DNA of 40,436 nucleotides from a virus: positions 1 to 40,436 of IMG/VR virus record IMGVR_UViG_3300045921_000167. The stretch is one strand, 5' to 3'. The translations under genes and the position numbers were made by a program. Numbering within the stretch: position 1 is the first letter of the stretch; every line of letters starts with the position of its first letter. Below are positions 1 through 7,913 of this stretch, in pieces. Below the pieces are notes generated by a model. That model searched no databases. It was not told where the DNA came from and saw only the letters and a list, made by a program, of their open reading frames with translations.

Positions 1-21
1 TGTTGCAGCGTTTGTTGCAGC
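1..21. repeat. 21-nt terminal direct repeat TGTTGCAGCGTTTGTTGCAGC, identical to 40416..40436 (contig closure overlap)
   Basis: Exact identity read directly at both ends. It is itself built from a 12-nt unit, TGTTGCAGCGTT followed by TGTTGCAGC. Confidence 0.9.
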
Positions 22-33
22 CTCCGATTATAC

Positions 34-46
34 GTAGTGATCCAAG
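34..46. repeat. Right arm (GTAGTGATCCAAG) of a perfect 13-bp inverted repeat; left arm CTTGGATCACTAC at 40403..40415
   Basis: Reverse-complement identity read directly. In the circular molecule the arms flank a 33-nt spacer that contains two TGTTGCAGC units. Confidence 0.85.
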
Positions 47-165
47 GTTGTCAACAGGCAATTAATGAAAAAAGGAGCACTATGTTGCGCATAAAATCAC
101 AATTTAATAATAATCATATACATAGTTTTGTATTAATTTTTTACTTTAATTTACAAGGATGTCTT

Positions 166-387
166 ATGGATCACTTATCTCGTTTAGAAAAAAGAATAAG
201 AAAAAATTTCCCAGATATTTCAGAGCAGGAATTAAAGGAAAGGATGGCAATTGCCAAGGGTTTAATTGCAATTGCACATCAACAGAAAAAAACCTTGAAA
301 GGATTGAAGAAACCGCCTGAAAGGTTCAAGAGCCATGTTAACGATTGCACCAATCCTAAGCCTATTAACAATATAAAAACACAGTGA
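166..387 (+). CDS. Hypothetical protein (73 aa, from an internal ATG of tracked ORF 37..387)
   Basis: The ATG at 166 is preceded by AAGGA. The upstream part of the tracked ORF runs through the junction repeats and looks non-coding. Confidence 0.4.
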   Translation: MDHLSRLEKRIRKNFPDISEQELKERMAIAKGLIAIAHQQKKTLKGLKKPPERFKSHVNDCTNPKPINNIKTQ

Positions 388-434
388 GGTTTTTATGACT
401 ACCGTGACATTTTTATCATTATAGGGAGGTTTTT

Positions 435-1205
435 ATGATTATAGATGCATTTACTTTATTAAGAAAGATCTCTGGGCAAGAAAATATTGAAACAACCCCA
501 AAGATTTATATAAAACTGCTTGAATGTCGCAATAGAGCATTCGTGCTTAATCAAATTATTTTTTGGTCAGATAAATCTACAGACTTGAAAGATGGGTGGT
601 TTCACAAAGACTATAACGAATGGTTTGAGGAAACATCTATTCCAGAAAGGTCAATGAGAAGAATCCTTACTGATTTGCATAAACGCGGGTATATAGAAAA
701 AACATCAAGAAAAATAAGAGGGAATAAAAAACTAATATTGAGGCCAGTTATTGAGAAAATAATGGAAGATTTAAGCTGTATAATAAATGACCCATCCGGC
801 CAAAATGGCCGGAGAGCTATCCGGCCAAATTGTCCGTTTACCGAAGATGATACTTATATATATACAGAAGAATACACAAAAGATGCACAATCTCCTCCTG
901 CGGAGGATAATCTTTCTGTTTCTAAAGAAGTTAACGAACTGATCCAAGTATGGAATGAAGTAGCTACCAAGGTTGGTTGCCCTGCTATGGGTAAAAACAA
1001 AAGAGAACTGAATGCCATAAAAAGACATGTAAAAGAAATAAAACAAAAATGGGACAAAGTTTTATGTAAAGAATCTTTTTCTGCTTTTTTAAATCTTGGC
1101 ATAAAGTCAGAGCATTACATGCTGACAAAATACAAACACCCGATGCACATCATTCTCAGGTGGCATAATTTTGAAAGCATATACAAGAAAATTCTTGATT
1201 ACTAA
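435..1205 (+). CDS. Putative replication initiator / winged-helix DNA-binding protein
   Basis: GGGAGG SD. The N-terminal wHTH-like segment (IPERSMRRILTDLHKRGYIEKT) follows an 'IIFWSDKS..DGWF' motif typical of phage replication and origin-binding proteins. It lies immediately upstream of the DnaB-type helicase. Confidence 0.5.
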   Translation: MIIDAFTLLRKISGQENIETTPKIYIKLLECRNRAFVLNQIIFWSDKSTDLKDGWFHKDYNEWFEETSIPERSMRRILTDLHKRGYIEKTSRKIRGNKKLILRPVIEKIMEDLSCIINDPSGQNGRRAIRPNCPFTEDDTYIYTEEYTKDAQSPPAEDNLSVSKEVNELIQVWNEVATKVGCPAMGKNKRELNAIKRHVKEIKQKWDKVLCKESFSAFLNLGIKSEHYMLTKYKHPMHIILRWHNFESIYKKILDY

Positions 1206-1217
1206 TAGAGGATTTGC

Positions 1218-2588
1218 ATGAGTACAAACCAAAAACCAACTAAATATGATAGAAACTCAGAAATGGGTGTTCTTTATAAACTTGTTAATCCTTCCACTGC
1301 AATGGAAGAAATTGAAATTATACTGGCAACATTAAACGAAGATCATTTTTATTTGCCTTATACACGAGAACTATTTATTTTCGTTAAAGAAAGACATCAA
1401 CAAGGAAAGGCATTTTCTTTTGTTAATCTAGTAGGAATTGTTCCTGATAATCTTCATGATTTATTGCATGATGTTATATCGGATATTTATTTTATGCCAA
1501 ACATTTCCGTTGCTATTGATTCATTAGAAAAGCATAGAAAAATCCGTCCTTTGTTAAATCATCTTTTTGTTTCTCTTGCAAAAATTAGTGAACAAAAAGA
1601 TATAGACATCTGCAACGATGAAATACTCTCATTGATGCAATCATTAGAGAACAATGCACCATTGTCACGTGAAGATTACATGTGCACATACGAAGATTTA
1701 ATTGAAGAATGCCTATCCGAAGGATTTGAGGAAACCCAACCAATCCAAACAGAATTAAAAGATTGGCCTCCATTCCCGCCAAGTTCAATGATTACAATCG
1801 CTGGTCGTTCAGGAGGTGGAAAAACATTTCTAGGGATTTACCTCATGGAAAAGCTATTAATGGCACAGCCAGACACAGTTGCTTTATATTTTAATATTGA
1901 AATGGAAAAGCAAACCATGTTTTCCAGACATGCTAATCTGGTTGAACCAGTAACAGGAAGTATAGTTGATGCTCTTAAAAATGGTCTTGCATCAAAGATG
2001 CTTCAGAGGAACGTTATTCTTGTTAATAAATCAGGTATAACCATTGAGGAAATAGAATCTATCGTAAAAGCCATTTCATTAAAAAATAAAATTTCCGTGG
2101 TGGTGGTTGATTACGTTGGATTAGTTAAATCGCGTAAAAAATATGAATCCCATTATCTCATGCTCGATGCTATAGCGGAACGCCTATCAGGGTTGGCTTT
2201 AAAACATTCTTGCATTGTTCTTGCTCTGCAACAAGTATCAAGAAAACCAGCAGATAGAGCCAAAAATGATAGGGTTCCTTACCCAACAGATGCAGCAGGT
2301 ACACAAGGATTTGAACGGTCTTCTCATTGGTGGCTTGGCATAGATAGACCATCTATAGATGAACCAGATAATCCCGCGCTGGAAGGTATTTTTGTTATTA
2401 AAAACAGAAAACAAAGAACTAATGCTGGTTACTTCACTATTTATCATGAATTCAAGGACGGTAGATTTATGGAAATCTGCCAGAGAACAGCAGATGAAAG
2501 ATTCAAATCTTTATCTAATCCCTTGAGTTCATTTTCTAAATCAAATAATTACCCTAATAAGTATTACGACTGTCCAGAAAATTTTTAG
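1218..2588 (+). CDS. DnaB-family replicative DNA helicase
   Basis: Walker A AGRSGGGKTF, Walker B VVVVDYVGL and ALQQVSRK (DnaB motif H3-like). Length is 456 aa. Confidence 0.85.
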   Translation: MSTNQKPTKYDRNSEMGVLYKLVNPSTAMEEIEIILATLNEDHFYLPYTRELFIFVKERHQQGKAFSFVNLVGIVPDNLHDLLHDVISDIYFMPNISVAIDSLEKHRKIRPLLNHLFVSLAKISEQKDIDICNDEILSLMQSLENNAPLSREDYMCTYEDLIEECLSEGFEETQPIQTELKDWPPFPPSSMITIAGRSGGGKTFLGIYLMEKLLMAQPDTVALYFNIEMEKQTMFSRHANLVEPVTGSIVDALKNGLASKMLQRNVILVNKSGITIEEIESIVKAISLKNKISVVVVDYVGLVKSRKKYESHYLMLDAIAERLSGLALKHSCIVLALQQVSRKPADRAKNDRVPYPTDAAGTQGFERSSHWWLGIDRPSIDEPDNPALEGIFVIKNRKQRTNAGYFTIYHEFKDGRFMEICQRTADERFKSLSNPLSSFSKSNNYPNKYYDCPENF

Positions 2589-2662
2589 CGTAAAACGAAA
2601 GAATTACCGCTTTAAATCTATTTAAAATAAAAAATAGTACTTAGGTAGCTATAAAAAAGAAA

Positions 2663-2698
2663 ATGCCCTATAACGCAAATTTGAAGGTTTTAGGGCAT
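2663..2698. terminator. Hairpin in the convergent gap between helicase (+) and leftward early genes (-); possible bidirectional terminator
   Basis: ATGCCCTA (2663-2670) pairs with TAGGGCAT (2691-2698), an 8-bp stem. The loop is long (20 nt) and there is no clean T-tract. Confidence 0.25.
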
Positions 2699-2746
2699 AT
2701 GATGGAGATTGTATATTATGGAGATTTACATGGTAATTATAGCAAA

Positions 2747-3037
2747 TTATTCTGGTTTAGTCATTGAAAGTCTATCGTTTGCCTTATGACTTTCAAAAGC
2801 AATTACAGATTGAAATTCTCTAAGTTTTTGCAATCTTTCGCACCTGTATTTTGATTCATTTGGATTCATAAGGTGATCTTTTAAATCTGAAAAACTAGAA
2901 AAGGTTTGCTGCATTGGTTGGCAAAACATACATGGTTCAGTATTTACTTGTTCATGGCCTTTGCTTACCAGAAAGTTAATTTCATCTGCAACCTGTATTT
3001 TCAGCATGTTTAAATATTCTTTGTTAAAATTAGTCAT
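2747..3037 (-). CDS. Hypothetical protein (96 aa)
   Basis: Last gene of the leftward block. Its start overlaps the upstream stop by 8 nt (translational coupling). Confidence 0.5.
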   Translation of the reverse strand: MTNFNKEYLNMLKIQVADEINFLVSKGHEQVNTEPCMFCQPMQQTFSSFSDLKDHLMNPNESKYRCERLQKLREFQSVIAFESHKANDRLSMTKPE

Positions 3038-3320
3038 TTGTCATACCTGTTTTCATTTGTTCAATAAGCGCATTAAAGCGTTCTTGTATTGTGTTTAAAT
3101 CATCAATTGCAGTTCTTTTTTCTTCTCTATGCAAAGTTTCCTGAATAATTCGCATTAAATTGCTTTGCAACGTGATAATGAAGCCACCAACTGCCCAATT
3201 CCTGTTTTGATTTTCTAATTCACGATCAAAAAGTGTTTTTTTAATGTCGTTTAATGAAGCTATGGTATAATCCATAGCTCCAACGATTGTTCTACGCTGT
3301 TTCAAGTCGTTCGTTTTCAT
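3030..3320 (-). CDS. Hypothetical protein (96 aa)
   Basis: In-operon ORF with a purine-rich SD. It overlaps both neighbours. Confidence 0.5.
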   Translation of the reverse strand: MKTNDLKQRRTIVGAMDYTIASLNDIKKTLFDRELENQNRNWAVGGFIITLQSNLMRIIQETLHREEKRTAIDDLNTIQERFNALIEQMKTGMTND

Positions 3321-3822
3321 TGGCTAACCCTGCCTTTTTAAGTAGTTCTTCCCTAAGTTTTTTGTTTACTTCTGATTCCTCTGGTTCTGCATCATCTTCA
3401 CCAGATATTTTTGCAACCTGTACTCTGGCTTTACCAGATAAACCAGCTTCAAGTGCTTTCAGTAAGCCTACAAGTGGATTTTCATCTTCCGAATCTTCAT
3501 CTTCAGAATCTTCATCTTCCTGTTCAAAAATTGATAAAGCTCGGTGTTTGTTTTCTGTCAAAAGTTCTGATTCAAAAGGGAAATTTTCTTTATGAATGGC
3601 ATAACCCGCAAGCATTGAGCTATTAATAGTCCTCATTGTTGTTTTAATAAAATCATGCAAACTAGTTAAGAAAAGATAAGATTTCAGTTTGTCAAAATAG
3701 CAATCACTATCAAGCTCCTTTTTCATATTTTTAATTAAGCCAGCCATATTATCAGCTATATCTTTATATGCATCTATACAATCCTGATCAATTTTTAATT
3801 CCTGTTTAGTATCGTTAGTCAT
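3292..3822 (-). CDS. Hypothetical acidic protein (176 aa) with a poly-acidic tract
   Basis: AAGGAA SD. Contains EQEDEDSEDEDSEDENPL and GEDDAEPEESE. Confidence 0.55.
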   Translation of the reverse strand: MTNDTKQELKIDQDCIDAYKDIADNMAGLIKNMKKELDSDCYFDKLKSYLFLTSLHDFIKTTMRTINSSMLAGYAIHKENFPFESELLTENKHRALSIFEQEDEDSEDEDSEDENPLVGLLKALEAGLSGKARVQVAKISGEDDAEPEESEVNKKLREELLKKAGLANENERLETA

Positions 3823-3846
3823 TTTTAATTTCCTTTTTTGTAATAA

Positions 3847-4110
3847 TTAATTTTTTATCAAATATTCGCTTAAATGGCCTATCGCAACCTCTGCTAATTC
3901 GTGCGCATGTTCGCGGTTATTTTCAGCAATATAATGCAAAACAACGTCTAACTTAGCCCCAAGTATTTCAAACATGTAATGTAAATCACGATTAGATAGG
4001 CCTTTATCACACCATGTTTCATGCAACAATAAATCCATTTTTCCCCTGAAATTTAATCTTTCTTCAATTTCATCTCTATTGAGTTTACAAAGGTTTTTTT
4101 CTTCTGACAT
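3847..4110 (-). CDS. Hypothetical protein (87 aa; start moved to an internal ATG)
   Basis: The ATG at 4110 (MSEEKNL..) is preceded by AAGGAAACC. It lies 19 nt after the integrase stop at 4130, which removes the 47-nt overlap in the tracked ORF. Confidence 0.5.
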   Translation of the reverse strand: MSEEKNLCKLNRDEIEERLNFRGKMDLLLHETWCDKGLSNRDLHYMFEILGAKLDVVLHYIAENNREHAHELAEVAIGHLSEYLIKN

Positions 4111-4129
4111 TTTTGGTTTCCTTTCGTTG

Positions 4130-5278
4130 TTAAATAAATTGTGCTGATTTATGACGCTCTGATAGTTCAACATCAATGTAGCGGTCTGTTATTGCGCTCG
4201 AACTATGCCCTGCATCATCTCTCACGTGTTCGCGTGGCCTATAGCGTACAGCATCAGAAATCCCGGTGTGTCTTAACCAGTGAACCGTGGCGTATTGCAG
4301 GTTTTCCGCTTCATCTTCCTGACCGTTCGCTATCAATACGTTTTGCGCTTCATCAAAGCATTTTTGGATTATTCTACGGATAGAGGCTGTGTTACTCATT
4401 GCGCCATCGCCTTTATGACGTGGGAATAATGGGATAGTTTCATTAGGATTAGGCAATTCAGGTAAGCCCATAGATCGCCTATAACGTTTTAATGCATTTA
4501 ATACATAGCTATTTACAGCAATAGTGCGGAGTTTATTGCCTTTGCCCAGCACTTCAAACCACCAACGGCCATGTTGATCTTGGAAAAAATCTCGCATCTT
4601 AGGTATCCATTTTGGGCGTGCTGTTAACTCAGAAACTCGCAAGTATAACCCATAAAGCATTTTAAGCATAAAAAGGGTTCTTTCGTGCTCTATATGTAAA
4701 TCAGCCATAGTGATAGCGACCATTTCCACAACGTCCCATTGCTTTTTACTTAATCGCCTGATTGCCTGATATTCTTGGCCTTTTTGAATAAATTGGCTTT
4801 TTTGCCTTATTTGTTGCACTGGGTTGGAAAATAAATACTCCTCACACACTAGAAAATTAAATAGCGTAGATAAAATGGTAAATATATGCGCAACGCTAGC
4901 CTTAGAAAGCGTTGAATCTTCACCAGCAAAAGGACGCCAAACGGGGTTAGGTACACGCTGATTATTGATAACAAGATATCTAGGCACTTTATAACTGGAT
5001 TTCCAATCTTCAGGCGGTAACTGACAAAAGCGGATAAACTCCTCTATATGCTCTCGCTTAATGTCTTTTAATGTCATGTTTTTAATATGCCAAGCCCACT
5101 GTAATAAACGCTCTGTTTCTCGCCTGTAGGCATTGTACGTGCCTTCACTGCCAGCATAGCAGCAAAGGAACTTATGACATATTGTAAAATCATTTAAAAA
5201 GCGTTTAGCTGGTAATTTAACATTGTGTAAATTAGTTGCTCTATAGTTTAAATTGTCAAACAGAGGTAATAGTTTCAT
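4130..5278 (-). CDS. int: Tyrosine recombinase / phage integrase
   Basis: Box I LRVSELTAR, box II HWLRHTGIS, and C-terminal GHSSSAITDRYIDV carrying the catalytic Tyr. Length is 382 aa. Confidence 0.9.
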   Translation of the reverse strand: MKLLPLFDNLNYRATNLHNVKLPAKRFLNDFTICHKFLCCYAGSEGTYNAYRRETERLLQWAWHIKNMTLKDIKREHIEEFIRFCQLPPEDWKSSYKVPRYLVINNQRVPNPVWRPFAGEDSTLSKASVAHIFTILSTLFNFLVCEEYLFSNPVQQIRQKSQFIQKGQEYQAIRRLSKKQWDVVEMVAITMADLHIEHERTLFMLKMLYGLYLRVSELTARPKWIPKMRDFFQDQHGRWWFEVLGKGNKLRTIAVNSYVLNALKRYRRSMGLPELPNPNETIPLFPRHKGDGAMSNTASIRRIIQKCFDEAQNVLIANGQEDEAENLQYATVHWLRHTGISDAVRYRPREHVRDDAGHSSSAITDRYIDVELSERHKSAQFI

Positions 5279-5289
5279 TTCATAGTTCC

Positions 5290-5784
5290 TTAATCTGTAA
5301 AAAGCTCGCCATCTTCAAAATATTCATGATCATTGGATTCAATCCTTGCCAGTATGTTTTCATCTTCATACTGGTATTCGCAATCACGCTTAATCGCATC
5401 AATGCCGTATTCCAAGCCATGCTTAAACGCTCTCAAGGCGTCACCAGTGCTTTTAAACTCATTGTAAAACTCAAGGAAAAAATCTTGGTCAAGACAATAA
5501 CCAGTTGGCATATAATCACGCATAAACTCGCAATCTTTGAGTTTTAATCCTCTAAAGTTTTTATTGCTAACTTCAACTTGGGCATAGCATCTATTAAATG
5601 GGCATAGGAAATAATCTTTAAGTTTTACATTGAAATGTTCACAATATGCCTCAAGCGATCTCTCACCCTCCCATAAACAATGATCGTGCAACCAGTCATC
5701 ATTTTTGTAGCTATCAATCACTTTTTGCTGTACTTCATGGGTTAATTCATCAAATTTGTAAACATTTTTTGTAATAGTGCGCAT
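5290..5784 (-). CDS. Hypothetical protein (164 aa, Cys/acidic-rich)
   Basis: In-operon ORF. Its start overlaps the upstream stop in a TAATG arrangement. Confidence 0.55.
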   Translation of the reverse strand: MRTITKNVYKFDELTHEVQQKVIDSYKNDDWLHDHCLWEGERSLEAYCEHFNVKLKDYFLCPFNRCYAQVEVSNKNFRGLKLKDCEFMRDYMPTGYCLDQDFFLEFYNEFKSTGDALRAFKHGLEYGIDAIKRDCEYQYEDENILARIESNDHEYFEDGELFTD

Positions 5785-5954
5785 TAGATTAACTCCCCAC
5801 GGTTTACAGATTGAATTAATTGTTGTTTTGTCCAGTCGCCAAGATATTGTAATGTGGCAATGTCAGCACATTTGTATACACTGTATTGGCCGTTACGCTG
5901 TCGTTTAATTTTGTAGGTTTTTAAACCTATGGTGAGGTAAGTTTGTAGTTTCAT
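5784..5954 (-). CDS. Small hypothetical protein (56 aa, below the ORF-track cutoff)
   Basis: Hand translation gives MKLQTYLTIGLKTYKIKRQRNGQYSVYKCADIATLQYLGDWTKQQLIQSVNRGELI. It has an AGGAAC SD box, and its stop overlaps the next start (TAATG). Confidence 0.4.
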   Translation of the reverse strand: MKLQTYLTIGLKTYKIKRQRNGQYSVYKCADIATLQYLGDWTKQQLIQSVNRGELI

Positions 5955-5991
5955 GATTCATAGTTCCTGTTTAGTTAAAAAATTAAAATAA

Positions 5992-6228
5992 TTAAAATAT
6001 CCCGCCTAAATGGGCAAACAATGCGCCCAAAATTAGGCCATATATGCCTAAAATATAGTTGGTAAAGTTACCAAACTGGGTTTTAATGTTCTTTTCCATT
6101 GAGTCAATCCTACTATCTACGCTTAATAGTCTTTTGTCTAAATTATCAAGCGTTTTTCCTATGTGCTGAGTGTTGGATTTTAAAATCTCAATCTCTAACT
6201 GCTCTTGTGTGTATAGTTTTGTTGTCAT
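5992..6228 (-). CDS. Small C-terminally membrane-anchored coiled-coil protein (78 aa)
   Basis: AAGGCGA SD. Hydrophobic C-terminal segment NYILGIYGLILGALFAHLGGIF. Confidence 0.5.
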   Translation of the reverse strand: MTTKLYTQEQLEIEILKSNTQHIGKTLDNLDKRLLSVDSRIDSMEKNIKTQFGNFTNYILGIYGLILGALFAHLGGIF

Positions 6229-6300
6229 GATTTCGCCTTAATTAAAATCTAATAATCCTGAAGTCCATCTCTTTTAAGCTAATTATTCCTATGCCTTCTA

Positions 6301-6663
6301 TTATTGCCATGCCCTACCGCCTTTTTGCATATAAGGCTTATCCCACTTGCCTAAATCAAATCTAAGGTAATAGTTAGGGATTGAACCATAATCTGGATTA
6401 TCATCAATTTCATATTGCGGCAGTATTTCGAGTATTGTTTCCATGATCTGTTCGCATAAAGAATGCTCATTACTACCATGTTCAAATTGTCTATGGTAAT
6501 GATAGTTCAATCCTTGCTGGTAAGTCTCACCTTCAAACTCCACAAAAGAAGACATAAGCGCAACTCTTAGCGAGTTATAATCTGAAATAACGCTGAATTT
6601 GCAATCAGGGAAACGAGTTTTTAATACTTTGCGTAGTTCTTTTGCTTTTTCTACTATGTTCAT
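6301..6663 (-). CDS. Hypothetical protein (120 aa)
   Basis: Preceded by the conserved AACAGGAACTAAGAATC box, in operon orientation. Confidence 0.55.
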   Translation of the reverse strand: MNIVEKAKELRKVLKTRFPDCKFSVISDYNSLRVALMSSFVEFEGETYQQGLNYHYHRQFEHGSNEHSLCEQIMETILEILPQYEIDDNPDYGSIPNYYLRFDLGKWDKPYMQKGGRAWQ

Positions 6664-6668
6664 GATTC

Positions 6669-6839
6669 TTAGTTCCTGTTAGTTAAATATTGATATCTTT
6701 CTAAAACTTCATAATCAGTTAATAAAAACCCATCTATTCGATAGCATGGACGAAAATTACAGTAAAATTTCTGTTTCTCTACGGCATGGCCTTTTGCCTT
6801 TAATACTTGGATTATTTTTGGTAAATCTTTTAATCGCAT
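6669..6839 (-). CDS. Small hypothetical protein (56 aa, below the ORF-track cutoff)
   Basis: Hand translation gives MRLKDLPKIIQVLKAKGHAVEKQKFYCNFRPCYRIDGFLLTDYEVLERYQYLTNRN. AAGGGGA SD. It fills the gap better than the + strand ORF 6746..6940. Confidence 0.4.
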   Translation of the reverse strand: MRLKDLPKIIQVLKAKGHAVEKQKFYCNFRPCYRIDGFLLTDYEVLERYQYLTNRN

Positions 6840-6851
6840 TCTTTGTTCCCC

Positions 6852-7043
6852 TTAGTGTAAAGCACATATCAAAACAAAACTTACAAGCCATAAGGCGCAG
6901 TAGTTCATGCTGGTATAAGCTATGCCTCTTGATATTTTAGCCCATGTTGGGTAGTTCGTTTCTGTTGTTTGCGATACGTCCCCAAGTAAAAACATAAGGA
7001 AAAACGCAACTGGCAGGCTTAACATGTAAATTTGTTCTATCAT
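6852..7043 (-). CDS. Small membrane protein (63 aa, about 2 TM; start moved to an internal ATG)
   Basis: The ATG at 7043 (MIEQIYML..) is preceded by ACAGGAGCAAAGA. Two hydrophobic segments are present. Confidence 0.45.
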   Translation of the reverse strand: MIEQIYMLSLPVAFFLMFLLGDVSQTTETNYPTWAKISRGIAYTSMNYCALWLVSFVLICALH

Positions 7044-7184
7044 TCTTTGCTCCTGTTTAGTTGAATATCTTGTATGTGCTAATAATATCAAATTTATTTT
7101 AACTTGCAATAATTAATTTGTAACTGAATTGTAAAGTTGATAAAGTGGGCAATTAATATTTAGTTGAATATAAGGATATGACAA
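7044..7184. promoter_or_regulatory. Divergent early control region between the leftward (7043) and rightward (7185) blocks
   Basis: 141-bp AT-rich gap between divergent first genes. The 13-bp direct repeat TTTAGTTGAATAT occurs at 7056-7068 and 7159-7171. Confidence 0.4.
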
Positions 7185-7529
7185 ATGGAAATGATTAGAT
7201 GCCCAGCGTGTAAAGGGACTAAGAAAGTAGCGGGCTTAGGAATGATAGTTAATGATTGTACTATGTGCTATGCAACCGGAAAGATTAAAGCAAGTGATAA
7301 GCCCAAGCCCATTGAACAGATAGTTGAAGAATCAGTAAAAGAAGTTATAGCAGAAGTATCTAAGCAAGAGCCTACTATTTTATTTAATGATGAATTAGTT
7401 AATGAGATTAAAGAAGAAACAAAGCAAGTTAATGAGTTAACAGAAGATAAAGCAATAGCAGTTAATGATAGTCCAGTGGTAAAGACTGGTAAAAGAGCTA
7501 TATATAGAAAGAAGACTATATCTAAATAG
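7185..7529 (+). CDS. DnaJ-type zinc-finger (CxxCxGxG-like) protein with an acidic tail
   Basis: CPACKGTKKV and CTMCYATGKI motifs. AAGGA SD. Confidence 0.55.
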   Translation: MEMIRCPACKGTKKVAGLGMIVNDCTMCYATGKIKASDKPKPIEQIVEESVKEVIAEVSKQEPTILFNDELVNEIKEETKQVNELTEDKAIAVNDSPVVKTGKRAIYRKKTISK

Positions 7530-7544
7530 ATAGGTGTAAAATAA

Positions 7545-7913
7545 ATGGTCAGGATTAATGGACAGCATAGGCCAACGATAGAGGAAAGGGCAATAGTTAA
7601 GCGCATGGCACAAGCAGGGATACCTAAAAAGAACATAGCCAGCCTGCTAGCCCTTAGCTATGATGAGCTTGACCAGCATTACTGGCGAGAGTTAAAACAC
7701 GGGTTAGATGAGAAGATACTTGCATTGAGTGATACGGCTACTCAGTTGGCGCTGAACGGTAATGAGAAGTTATTGCAGTTTTTGTTAAGAACGCAGGGAT
7801 ATAAGTATGGGTTTAGTGAAAAACAGGTTGTGGAGGTGCATAACTCTTCTGAGTTAGAGCAACTTGAAAAACAAATACAGCAACTCGAACAACAATATGA
7901 TAAAGACTATTAA
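7545..7913 (+). CDS. HTH DNA-binding protein; possible small-terminase-like or regulatory protein
   Basis: The N-terminal HTH (IPKKNIASLLALSYDEL) is followed by LLQFLLRTQGYKYGFSEK, which resembles the 'W-L-x-R..P..YG.K' segment of some TerS proteins. The gene is not adjacent to TerL. Confidence 0.35.
   Translation: MVRINGQHRPTIEERAIVKRMAQAGIPKKNIASLLALSYDELDQHYWRELKHGLDEKILALSDTATQLALNGNEKLLQFLLRTQGYKYGFSEKQVVEVHNSSELEQLEKQIQQLEQQYDKDY

Noticed and set aside
771-2447. Minus-strand ORFs inside the initiator and helicase genes (771..1046, 854..1102, 1585..1788, 2170..2352, 2238..2447)
   Set aside because: They lie entirely within strongly supported + strand genes and have no motifs or SD. They are shadow ORFs. 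The same reasoning applies to the other antisense or alternate-frame ORFs in the track, for example 7268..7636, 8716..8982, 12024..12329, 13532..14497, 15099..15332, 16986..17300, 19655..19984, 20739..21097, 25529..25873 and 36393..36635.
3287-3626. Ser-rich + strand ORFs 3287..3595 and 3411..3626
   Set aside because: They are antisense shadows of the acidic GAA/GAT-rich gene 3292..3822 (-). They are low complexity and lack an SD.
6746-6940. + strand ORF (64 aa) in the leftward early block
   Set aside because: It sits in the opposite orientation to the operon. The same space is better explained by two minus-strand genes with good SDs (6669..6839 and 6852..7043).
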